A stretch of DNA of 64,000 nt, taken from assembly GCA_040005235.1 (NCBI GenBank), contig JBDTZG010000019.1, positions 32,144 through 96,143 of the forward strand, given 5' to 3'. This stretch comes from Acidobacteriota bacterium (lineage in GTDB: Bacteria > Acidobacteriota > Thermoanaerobaculia > Multivoradales > UBA5704). Made by a program: the position numbers and the translations under genes. Numbering within the stretch: the stretch's first letter is position 1; the number at the start of each line of letters is the position of its first letter. The notes below the pieces were generated by a model. It did no database searches. It worked only from the letters and a program-made list of their open reading frames with translations, and had not been told where the DNA came from. Shown here in pieces: positions 9,031 to 17,404 of this stretch.

Positions 9031-10677
9031 TCAGCCCTTGAACGTGGAGCGTCGTCCGCGGATGCCCGAAGGCGGACGCTCGGGCAGGAGCGAGGGGTTG
9101 GTGTGCGAGTTCGGATCGCCTTGGATCTGACGGTACGGCGGCGTGTAACCGCCGCGGCCGGCCTTGCCTCCCCGGCGGGCGACGTTGCCGTTCGGTCCCG
9201 GTCCATGGCTGGAGCTGTACGAGCCTTGAACCGAGTTGCCGATCTCACCGCGCGGCGGTTGGGGCTGCCGTGGCTCTTTGCGCGGCCGTTGCCGGTCGCT
9301 GCGATCCCCGCCGCCCTCGGCCGCTGCCTGCGGCTTGGGCGGCTGCGGCTTCCTCTCCTCGCGCTTCTTGCCTCGCGGCCGTTCCTCGTTGCGCCGCGCT
9401 TCCGGACGGGCCGGCCGCGCTTCGGCGGTCTCTTGGGCTTCGAGCTTCTCTTCCGGCTCCTGAGCGTAATCGAAATCTTCGAGCGTGCGTCGCTCTAGGG
9501 GAGTTCCGAGGATGCGCTCGATCGCCCGCAGCTCGCCCATTTCGCGCTCGGCGACGAGGGAGATCGACGAGGCGATGTTCGGCGACAAGGTCACCCGCTG
9601 GAGGTAGTCCTCGCCGGAGGTCGGAGCGTCGAAGTGGATCACGCTCACCGTGCCTTCGACCCCCATGCCCCGGGCGGCGACGTCGGTCGCGACCAGCGCG
9701 CGAAGGCGCCCTTCGTTGAAGCTCGCGATCGCCGCGGCGCGCTGGCCCGGCGAGCGGTTGCCATGAATCCGGTCGCAGACGATGCCGTTCTTGGCCAGCA
9801 GCTCGGTCAGGCGGTTCGCCCGGTGCTTGGTGCGCGCGAAGACCACGACGCTGCCTACGACGTCGCGGCGCAGCAGCTCAAGCAGCAGGGGAGCCTTCAG
9901 CTCCTCGCGCGCCTCGTAGGCCGCCTGCTCCAGGTTCTCGGGCAGCTCCGGCGGCCGCGACTGGCCGATCTCGGTCGGTTCGCGCAGCAACTGGTGGGCG
10001 AATTCGGTGACCGGGGCGGATGGCAGGTTGGCGAAGATGATCCGCTGCTTCGGCGCCTCCGGAAGGCGGTCGAGCGCTGCCACCAGCTCCGGTCCGAGCA
10101 TCCGGTCGACTTCGTCGAGCACCAGGACCTCGACTCCGGCGAGCAGATCGGGCAGCCGTTCGAGTGCGGCCGGCAGGGCGGTGGGGACCGCCACCAGGAG
10201 GTCGAAGCCCGCCGCCAGCTGCTCGTCCGAGTCGCCGCCGTCGCAGACCGCGAAGATGCGCAGGGTGCTCTTATGAGCGAACGCACGCGCCTTTTCGCGG
10301 ATCTGGATCGTCAGCTCGCGAGAGGGGGCGAGGATCAGGACCCGACCGGTCTCCCCGTTGAGTACCGCGGGCTCCGCCTCGGAGGCGGTGATTTCCGGGG
10401 TTTCCGAGGGCTCCGAGGTCTCCGGGGTCTCCGCGACGTCGCCGCCTTCGGCAGGTTCCGGAGCGCCGGCCGGAGCGTGCCGGGCGATCAGCCCGTGCAG
10501 GACGGGTAGCAGATAGGCGGCCGTTTTGCCGCTGCCGGTGGCCGCGAGGGCCATCAGATCGCCACCCGCCAAGATCGGCGGCAGGGCGTCCTTCTGCAGG
10601 TTGGTCGGATGGGTGAGGCCTAGGTCCCGAACCCCTTCGAGGAGGTCCGGATGCAGTCCGAACGAGGAAAACGGCAT
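9031..10677 (-). CDS. DEAD-box RNA helicase-like protein (RhlE-like) with degenerate motifs
   Basis: Q motif, ATGSGKT, LAPSREL, LDEVDRML, IHGNRS, ATDVAARG present; motifs III and VI altered; basic Gly/Arg-rich tail. Confidence 0.85.
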   Translation of the reverse strand: MPFSSFGLHPDLLEGVRDLGLTHPTNLQKDALPPILAGGDLMALAATGSGKTAAYLLPVLHGLIARHAPAGAPEPAEGGDVAETPETSEPSETPEITASEAEPAVLNGETGRVLILAPSRELTIQIREKARAFAHKSTLRIFAVCDGGDSDEQLAAGFDLLVAVPTALPAALERLPDLLAGVEVLVLDEVDRMLGPELVAALDRLPEAPKQRIIFANLPSAPVTEFAHQLLREPTEIGQSRPPELPENLEQAAYEAREELKAPLLLELLRRDVVGSVVVFARTKHRANRLTELLAKNGIVCDRIHGNRSPGQRAAAIASFNEGRLRALVATDVAARGMGVEGTVSVIHFDAPTSGEDYLQRVTLSPNIASSISLVAEREMGELRAIERILGTPLERRTLEDFDYAQEPEEKLEAQETAEARPARPEARRNEERPRGKKREERKPQPPKPQAAAEGGGDRSDRQRPRKEPRQPQPPRGEIGNSVQGSYSSSHGPGPNGNVARRGGKAGRGGYTPPYRQIQGDPNSHTNPSLLPERPPSGIRGRRSTFKG

Positions 10678-10762
10678 ACGGAGATTCCGCCTTTTCGTTG
10701 CCGCGCACGCCGCATGCCTACCAGGGAGGCGCCGGGGTGCGCACCGTTGATTCCGCTACAAT

Positions 10763-10851
10763 TGATCTCGAAACGTCTGATCCCGAAACGTCTGATTTCG
10801 AACTTCAGGTCTCGAAACGGCTGGTCCTTACACTTCGGTCCCGAAATACTC
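10763..10851. repeat. Degenerate ~15-bp tandem repeat in a divergent intergenic region
   Basis: TGATCTCGAAACGTC, TGATCCCGAAACGTC, TGATTTCGAACTTCA, GGTCTCGAAACGGCT, then weaker copies. Confidence 0.6.
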
Positions 10852-11081
10852 GGGCGGTCTCACCAGAAGAGACCCCCGTTCCAGGCTCTACGGCCCTGGT
10901 TCTTACTCCCGGGCCAAGGAGCGGATCGGGAAGATCCGGGCGCCCGTGGCGTATACGGTCTCACAAAACCCCCTCTTCTGCCAAGCTCCCTCGATTTTTT
11001 CGCTCGTGGCCGGCCGAAGAGCGGTCGTCTTTCCAGCGCCGGATTGGGGCGGCGCGGCGTCCCCCTGGTAGGCTCGCGGGC

Positions 11082-12848
11082 ATGACGTTCCAGATCTTCC
11101 TGGTCCTCGCCCTGCTCGCGACCGCGGTCGTCGTGTTCGCCTTCGAATGGCTGTCGGTCGACGTCGCCACGTTGATCCTCCTGTCGATCCTGGTTCTATC
11201 CGGCGTGCTCGACGTCAAGGAGGCGTTCGCCGGGTTCTCGAACGAAATCGTGATCATCCTGGCCGCAATCTTCGTCCTGTCGGACGGGTTGATGCGCACC
11301 GGAGTGGTCGATCGGGCGGGATCTTGGATCTATCGCCACGCGGGCGGCAGCCCGACCGGAATCGTGGTTTCCGTGATGCTGGTGACCTCTTTCATGTCCG
11401 CATTCATGAACAACACGACCACCACCGCCGTGGTGCTTCCCGCCGCGCTCGGCGTCTGCAAGAAGAGCGGCATCGCGCCGAGCAAGGTGCTGATCCCGGT
11501 GGCGTTCGCCTCCATGCTCGGCGGGACTTGTACGCTCGTCGGCACCTCGACCAACGTCGCGGCGAGCGCCTATTTGAAGAGCGCCGGAATGAAGCCTTTC
11601 GGCCTGTTCGAGTTTCTGCCGGTGGGCCTTGCGGCCTGCCTGATCGGGACGCTCTGGATGGCGTTGATCGGCCGGCGCTTCCTGCCCGCGCACGCCGAAG
11701 CGAGCTTGACCGAAGAGTATTCCGTGCGCCAATACCTGTCCGAGCTGGTGGTCACCGAGCGCTCGCCGCTCGCCGGCCAGACGTTGCGCGACGTGCCGTT
11801 TACCGAGCTCGAAACGACCGTGCTCGCGATCGTCCGGGGGAACGAGAAATTCTCGCCCGATCCCGATACGCAGCTGCGCGCCGAGGACCTGCTGATCGTC
11901 AAGGCGAGCCGCGAGGGTCTGCTCAAGGTGAAGGACACGCCCGGCTTGGAGATCAAGCCGGACTTGAAGCCGGACGACATCGACCTCACCAGCGAGACGA
12001 TGAAGGTGGTGGAGGCGGTCCTGATGCCCCAGTCGAGCTTGGTCGGCCGGTCGATCAAGGAGCTGGATTTCCGGCGCCGTTTCGGCGTGACCGTGATCGC
12101 ATTGTTCCGTCAGGGGCACGCATTGCCCGAAAAGCTCGGTACGCTGCCGCTGCGGATCGGCGACGTGCTTCTGCTGCAAGGTCGGTCGCAACGGTTCGCC
12201 GAGATCGCCGACAACGCCGACCTCTGGATGCTTCAGGAGACCGAGCACCGCCCGGCGCGCACCCGGTCGGGCCTGGCGGTGATCGGTTTGTTCATCGCGG
12301 CGCTCGCCGCCTCCGGCTTCGGTCTGATCCCGCTGCCGATCGCATTCCTGCTCGCGGCGGTCGGCGTTCTCCTGCTGCGCATCGTCACGCCGGAGGAGGC
12401 GTACAGTTTCATCGATTGGCGGCTGATCGTCCTGATCGCGGGGATGACCGCGTTCGGCACCGCGATGTCCAAAACCGGCGCGGCGGAGTATCTCGCCGGG
12501 ATCATCGTTCATTGGACCGCGCCGCTCGGGATCGGTTTCCTGCTCGCGGCGTTCACCCTGCTCACCGTTCTCTTGACCCAGCCGATGTCGAACGCGGCCG
12601 CCGCCCTCGTGGTGCTGCCGATCGCTATGCAGACCGCGGCGCAGATTCATGCCAATCCCCGGACCTTTGCGGTGCTCGTTACCCTCGCGGCGTCGCTCTC
12701 GTTCTTGACGCCGTTCGAGCCCTCCTGCCTGTTGGTCTACGGCCCGGGCAAATACCGCTTCAAGGATTTCCTGCTCGCCGGCCTGCCGCTCACGGCGTTG
12801 ATGATCGGGCTGCTGCTCTGGATGGTGCCGCGAATCTGGCCGCTGTAA
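11082..12848 (+). CDS. SLC13/CitMHS-family permease with TrkA-C (RCK_C) domains
   Basis: Multiple TM segments, SAFMNNT, GGTCTLVGTSTN, two soluble TrkA-C repeats, QPMSNAAAA, YGPGKYRFKDF. Confidence 0.9.
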   Translation: MTFQIFLVLALLATAVVVFAFEWLSVDVATLILLSILVLSGVLDVKEAFAGFSNEIVIILAAIFVLSDGLMRTGVVDRAGSWIYRHAGGSPTGIVVSVMLVTSFMSAFMNNTTTTAVVLPAALGVCKKSGIAPSKVLIPVAFASMLGGTCTLVGTSTNVAASAYLKSAGMKPFGLFEFLPVGLAACLIGTLWMALIGRRFLPAHAEASLTEEYSVRQYLSELVVTERSPLAGQTLRDVPFTELETTVLAIVRGNEKFSPDPDTQLRAEDLLIVKASREGLLKVKDTPGLEIKPDLKPDDIDLTSETMKVVEAVLMPQSSLVGRSIKELDFRRRFGVTVIALFRQGHALPEKLGTLPLRIGDVLLLQGRSQRFAEIADNADLWMLQETEHRPARTRSGLAVIGLFIAALAASGFGLIPLPIAFLLAAVGVLLLRIVTPEEAYSFIDWRLIVLIAGMTAFGTAMSKTGAAEYLAGIIVHWTAPLGIGFLLAAFTLLTVLLTQPMSNAAAALVVLPIAMQTAAQIHANPRTFAVLVTLAASLSFLTPFEPSCLLVYGPGKYRFKDFLLAGLPLTALMIGLLLWMVPRIWPL

Positions 12849-12874
12849 AAAAAGGGCGGCCCTCGCGGCCGCCC
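12847..12874 (-). terminator. Terminator hairpin between convergent genes
   Basis: A7 run followed by GGGCGGCC-CTCGC-GGCCGCCC. Confidence 0.7.
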
Positions 12875-12899
12875 CTACCGAAACCAAATCAACCCTCTT

Positions 12900-14753
12900 C
12901 TACTTCGACACCGTGCCGATCGCCGCCTTCTCGCGCGGCACGAACTCCTCGAACAGCGCCTTCTTGAGCAGCGTCGGCGGCAGCAGCCCCTGGGCGATGA
13001 TGAAGTCGTTGAACCGTTGCCGGTTGAACGCCGGTCCGAGCGTCCGCTCGACTTCGGTCCGCATTTCCATCAGGCGCTGGTAGCCGCAGAAATACGCGGT
13101 CGCCTGGCCCGGGGAACGGAAGGTGTAGCGCTCGACCTCCTGGAGCGCCATCGCGTCGGACATTACGACGTCTTGAGTCAAAACGCGGGTGGCTTCTTCC
13201 TTGGTGATCGTGCCGCGCTGAAGGCCCGGATCGAGCTGAGCGCGGGCGGCGCGTAGCAGGCGGGCCTGGAGCGCCACGAGCTGGCCGTCGAGCGGCTCGT
13301 AGGGCTTTGCCTCCGCCTCGGCGTAGAGGCCCCAGCCTTCGGCGTTGACGCTGTTGAAGGCGAACAGCGCGCGGGCGAGCGAAACTCCCTTTTCGACCAG
13401 CGACGAGAACTGCAGCTCATGCCCCGGCCGCCCTTCGTGCGCGGTGAGTGTCCAAGAGGCGGCGTCGAACGTGAAATCGTCGAACCCGATCAGTTTGCCG
13501 TCGGGGCCGGCGATCCGCAGCGGCAGCACGAACTCGCCGGTCTCGCCGGTGTTGCCGATCAGCCGTGGCGGGCGCATGTTCGGAGCGGGCACCGCGGCGC
13601 TCTCCGCCGCGCTCGCAAGCCGGATGTGCATCGGCCGGTCGGGGAGCGTCACGATGTTGTGGTCGCGGATGATCTTTTCGAGGTCCTTGATCCGCGCCTC
13701 GTAGTGGGGAAGGATCGCCTCGCCCACGATCTGGTTCTTTTTCAGCTCGCGCAGCACGTCGCGGTAGTCGGTGGCGGAAAAACCTTTCTCTTTCGCTACC
13801 AACGGCGCTAGGGTCTGCATCTCGTTCTGGATCTCGCGGAACGAGACCTCGGCGCGGGAGACCAGCTCGTCTACGGCCATGTCGACGCCGACCTGCTTGA
13901 GCGATAGCGTATAGAGTTCCGGCGGCAGGCGAAAATCGGTGCGGGAGCGCGGCAAAACTTCGGCCCGAAGGAACGCCTCGTAGTCGGCGAGCTGCTTTTT
14001 GACCGCCGCGTAATCTTTCTCGTAGCCCGCGATCTTGTACTGCCCAAACAGCTCGCCGATGCCGTCGGAGTAGGTCGCCGTGGTCTGGAACGCCTTTTCG
14101 ATCTCGGCGCGGGTGGGTCCGATCAGCCCCGGAATAGCCAAGCGAGCGCGCATGTAGTCGGCCGCCAGGACCGTGATCGGCTTGCCGCCGTTCGCTCCGG
14201 CGTCGAGCCCCGCGTACTTGTGAAGACGCGCCACGGCGGTCTTCCGGCGTTCGGGGGCGACCTGGTCGTCGAGCAGGGAACGGACTCCCTGGAAGATCAG
14301 CTGATGAATGTCGAAGAACGGCACGGCAAGGCGCTCGTTGACCTCGGCGGCTTCGATGCCGTCCTCGGCCGAACCGATCAGGATCTCCAGATCCTGGCGC
14401 ACCGCCGGATCGCTCTCCGCGGCGAGCCGCTTCTTGAGCTCGGCGATCCCCTCCTTCGTCGCCGCCGTCTGGCGTTCGACGACCCCGGGGGTCAAGTCGG
14501 TGATCTTGTCGTCGTACCCGTCGACGCCGAACTGGCTCGCGCCTTCCGGGCCGAAGCGGGCGAACAGGTCGATCAGGATCTGGGAATTCTTGTCGCTCTT
14601 TTCCACCCAGGCCTGTTTGGCCGGCGGCGCGGTTTTCGCCGGTTCGGCGGCGTGGGCGGCGCCTGAGAAAGCGGCGAGGCCGAAGCCCAGCGCCACGAGC
14701 GCGAGCACCGCGGGGCGGCGTACGCGGACGGATTTGCGAGACGTATCGAGCAC
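12900..14753 (-). CDS. Secreted DUF885-family protein (putative metallopeptidase-like)
   Basis: Signal peptide; HEGRPGHELQ, NAEGWGLYAE, EVERY, PGQATAY; GTG start with GGAAGGAG RBS. Confidence 0.85.
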   Translation of the reverse strand: MLDTSRKSVRVRRPAVLALVALGFGLAAFSGAAHAAEPAKTAPPAKQAWVEKSDKNSQILIDLFARFGPEGASQFGVDGYDDKITDLTPGVVERQTAATKEGIAELKKRLAAESDPAVRQDLEILIGSAEDGIEAAEVNERLAVPFFDIHQLIFQGVRSLLDDQVAPERRKTAVARLHKYAGLDAGANGGKPITVLAADYMRARLAIPGLIGPTRAEIEKAFQTTATYSDGIGELFGQYKIAGYEKDYAAVKKQLADYEAFLRAEVLPRSRTDFRLPPELYTLSLKQVGVDMAVDELVSRAEVSFREIQNEMQTLAPLVAKEKGFSATDYRDVLRELKKNQIVGEAILPHYEARIKDLEKIIRDHNIVTLPDRPMHIRLASAAESAAVPAPNMRPPRLIGNTGETGEFVLPLRIAGPDGKLIGFDDFTFDAASWTLTAHEGRPGHELQFSSLVEKGVSLARALFAFNSVNAEGWGLYAEAEAKPYEPLDGQLVALQARLLRAARAQLDPGLQRGTITKEEATRVLTQDVVMSDAMALQEVERYTFRSPGQATAYFCGYQRLMEMRTEVERTLGPAFNRQRFNDFIIAQGLLPPTLLKKALFEEFVPREKAAIGTVSK

Positions 14754-14984
14754 GAGGAACGCTCCTTCCGAAGAAATCGAGGGGGACCGGACGGCAGGCC
14801 CGGCGTCACCTCCGATGTACGGCAGGGAGGGCGAAAAGATTTCCCGGACCGAGCGGACGGTCGCCACTCGGGTAACCGCACGGTAACCGGCGGCCCAGCG
14901 GAACCGGCCTGGCGGCCATGCTAAGCTGGGGGTCCAGTCGCCAAGGGCACCCAAACCAGCTCTTATCCGTCGGGTCTTGTCCGC

Positions 14985-15323
14985 ATGATCGTCGAAAAAC
15001 GCCATCTACCGGGTTTCACCGTGCTCAATATCGAAGGCGTGATCAAGCTCGGCGAGAGCGCGCAGTTTTTCGCCCAGACCTTGGAGCGCGCCCTCGATCA
15101 CGATCTGGGGCACGTAATCATCGATTTTTCCCAGATCAACTACATCGATTCGACCGGAATCGGCGAGTTGGTCGGATATCTCGGGCGTTTCCGCGATTTC
15201 CAGCGCGAGCTGATCCTGGTCAACCCGAACGAGCGCATCCGCAAGCTACTCCAGGTCGCTCGCCTCGCCGAGCTGTTTCCGACCTACGACTCGGTCGAAG
15301 CGGCGATCGCCGCCGAGGCGTGA
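14985..15323 (+). CDS. STAS-domain anti-sigma factor antagonist
   Basis: IIDFSQINYIDSTGIGELV phospho-Ser motif; 112 aa. Confidence 0.9.
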   Translation: MIVEKRHLPGFTVLNIEGVIKLGESAQFFAQTLERALDHDLGHVIIDFSQINYIDSTGIGELVGYLGRFRDFQRELILVNPNERIRKLLQVARLAELFPTYDSVEAAIAAEA

Positions 15324-16384
15324 CGCTCCTGCCCGGACCCGATTTGCCCGCCGGCGCCTCCCGGTTCGCTCCGATCGCCGCGGTGGTGAGGAGCGGTCGG
15401 GCCGAATCCTGGATTCTCGGCGCCGCCGCGGTCGCCACCCCGGCGGGGAGTCTGGTCGCTTCGGCAGGCGATCCGAATCTCGCCACCTTCATCCGCTCCG
15501 CGGCAAAGCCGTTCCAGATCCTGCCCCTGCTTCTCGCGGGCGGAGTCGAGCGTTTCGGGCTCGAACCCGCGGACTTGGCGTTGATTTGCGCCTCGCACGG
15601 CGGCCGGCCGGAGCATACGGAACGGGCCGCGCGGCTGCTCGAACGGGGCGGCTTCTCCGGCGCCGATCTGCTCTGCGGCGCCCACGTGCCGTTCGACCCG
15701 CAAGCGGCGCGCGATCTGCTGAACCGCGGCGAAGCGCCGAGCGCCCTCCACAGCAACTGCTCGGGTAAACATGCGGGGATGCTCCTCGCCTGCCGGCTGT
15801 TGGGTTTTCCGACCGCCGAATACACCGCTGCCGAGCATCCGCTGGAACGGCGCATGCTGGCCTGGATGGCGGAGTTGGCACGGGTCGAAGAGAGCGAGAT
15901 CGGCCTTGGGATCGACGGGTGCAGCATCCCCGCGTTCCACATGACGCTCGCCGCCGCCGCCCGGGCCTATGCGGCGCTGGCCGATCCTGCCGGTGCGGGT
16001 TTGGCGCCCGAGGTGGCCGGAGCGCTCGACCAGGTGGCGGAAGCGATGGGCGCGGCGCCCGAGATGGTCGCCGGCCCCGGGCGCTTCACCACCCGGCTGA
16101 TCGCCGCGACCGGCGGCCGGGTGATCGGCAAGGAGGGGGCCGAAGGGTTTTACGCCATGGCGGTGCGCAGCCCGTTCCCGCTCGGGCTGGCGTTCAAGGT
16201 GGCCGACGGGGGAGAGCGAGGCCGTGACGGCGTGGCGCTCGAAATGCTGCGCCAGATGGGCGCGCTCTCCGGCGAAGAGCTGGCCGACCTCGACGATCTG
16301 ATGAAGCCGCCGATCCGCACGATACGCGGCGAAGCGGTCGGCGAGGTGACTCCGGAGATCGAGCTGGTGGGGGTCGAGCCGTGA
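15320..16384 (+). CDS. L-asparaginase II (Rhizobium AnsA-type)
   Basis: RSAAKPFQ, CASHGG, NCSGKHAGML, DGCSIP, KEGAEG; GTG start overlaps the STAS stop. Confidence 0.85.
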   Translation: MTLLPGPDLPAGASRFAPIAAVVRSGRAESWILGAAAVATPAGSLVASAGDPNLATFIRSAAKPFQILPLLLAGGVERFGLEPADLALICASHGGRPEHTERAARLLERGGFSGADLLCGAHVPFDPQAARDLLNRGEAPSALHSNCSGKHAGMLLACRLLGFPTAEYTAAEHPLERRMLAWMAELARVEESEIGLGIDGCSIPAFHMTLAAAARAYAALADPAGAGLAPEVAGALDQVAEAMGAAPEMVAGPGRFTTRLIAATGGRVIGKEGAEGFYAMAVRSPFPLGLAFKVADGGERGRDGVALEMLRQMGALSGEELADLDDLMKPPIRTIRGEAVGEVTPEIELVGVEP

Positions 16385-16432
16385 GCCCGCAGCGGGTTCC
16401 TGAAGTTCGTTAGAGGAGGTTTGACTCCACCC

Positions 16433-16825
16433 TCACGACGGCATCTCGTGGGCGTCCGCCTCCAGGTGGACGTCCAACTCGCCGTGGAGCTTGAGATACC
16501 GCTCGACCGGCATGCCGACCCGCTCCGCGAAGCTCTGCTGATAGCTCGCGACGGCACCGACCGGTTCGTCGAGGTAGAGCCGTTCGATGCGAAACAGCGG
16601 CACGAACATCGTGGAGAGCCCCAGCGAAGGCGGCTCTTTGGATGCCGCCTGGAGCGCCCACTCGGCAAAGCTCGCGACGCCGATGCCGCGCATCTGCACC
16701 CCCGCGACGCCGAGGTCGTAGAGCACTCCCCAGAACTTTTCGGTCGGGTTGACCAGATGGACGAGAACGATGGAACCGGGTCGGATCACAGGCGGCGCTC
16801 CTTCAAGCGGAGAAGGATACGGCAT
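16433..16825 (-). CDS. Conserved hypothetical protein
   Basis: Globular composition (IVLVHLVNPTEKFWGVL...TMFVPLFRIERLYLDE); start uncertain. Confidence 0.6.
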   Translation of the reverse strand: MPYPSPLEGAPPVIRPGSIVLVHLVNPTEKFWGVLYDLGVAGVQMRGIGVASFAEWALQAASKEPPSLGLSTMFVPLFRIERLYLDEPVGAVASYQQSFAERVGMPVERYLKLHGELDVHLEADAHEMPS

Positions 16826-16928
16826 GCGCAAACCTCGATCTCAAAGAAATTTGCACCCCGCGGCCGTCGAATTTCGCGTTAGGTCTAAAGAGGCCCTCTT
16901 TTTCTCTCGGCCCGAGGAGTTGCTCGCC

Positions 16929-17240
16929 ATGCATCGACTGGAGATCCTGTCCGCTGCAAAGACCAACTGTGAGGAGGCGTACGCCCGAATCGCCTGCCTC
17001 GGAGGGCGCGCCGCCGACGGACGCCCTTGGCGTCTGGCCAACGACGACGCCATCCGAGCGCTCGAAACCGGAGCCCGGAGCCTGTTCGTCCGCTGGCACG
17101 GCCAAGAGCACGACGTGGTGATCGAGCGCGACCCGCAAGGGCACAAGCTCCTCCGCATCGAAGGGGACTACACCGCCTCGAACGCCCTGTTCTCCCTGCC
17201 GGAGTGCATGCCGGACCCGCCGCCGCCGGCATTCGTTTGA
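16929..17240 (+). CDS. DUF3892-family protein
   Basis: RIACLGG..ADGRPWRL...AIRALETG...GHKLLR...NALFSLPEC; GAGGAG RBS. Confidence 0.7.
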   Translation: MHRLEILSAAKTNCEEAYARIACLGGRAADGRPWRLANDDAIRALETGARSLFVRWHGQEHDVVIERDPQGHKLLRIEGDYTASNALFSLPECMPDPPPPAFV

Positions 17241-17404
17241 GGCGCGCCCCGAAGAGGAAATCCCCGGGCTCGGCTTCGCCCGAGCGAACGGGTATCCTCT
17301 AGGCACGGGAAAACCAGGCAGGACGGGCGCTGGACGCGCGAGCCGTAGGAAATCGGCTCGCGCGGCGCGATCGCCATTTCCTGCCGGGGCTCCCGTCTTC
17401 CGCC

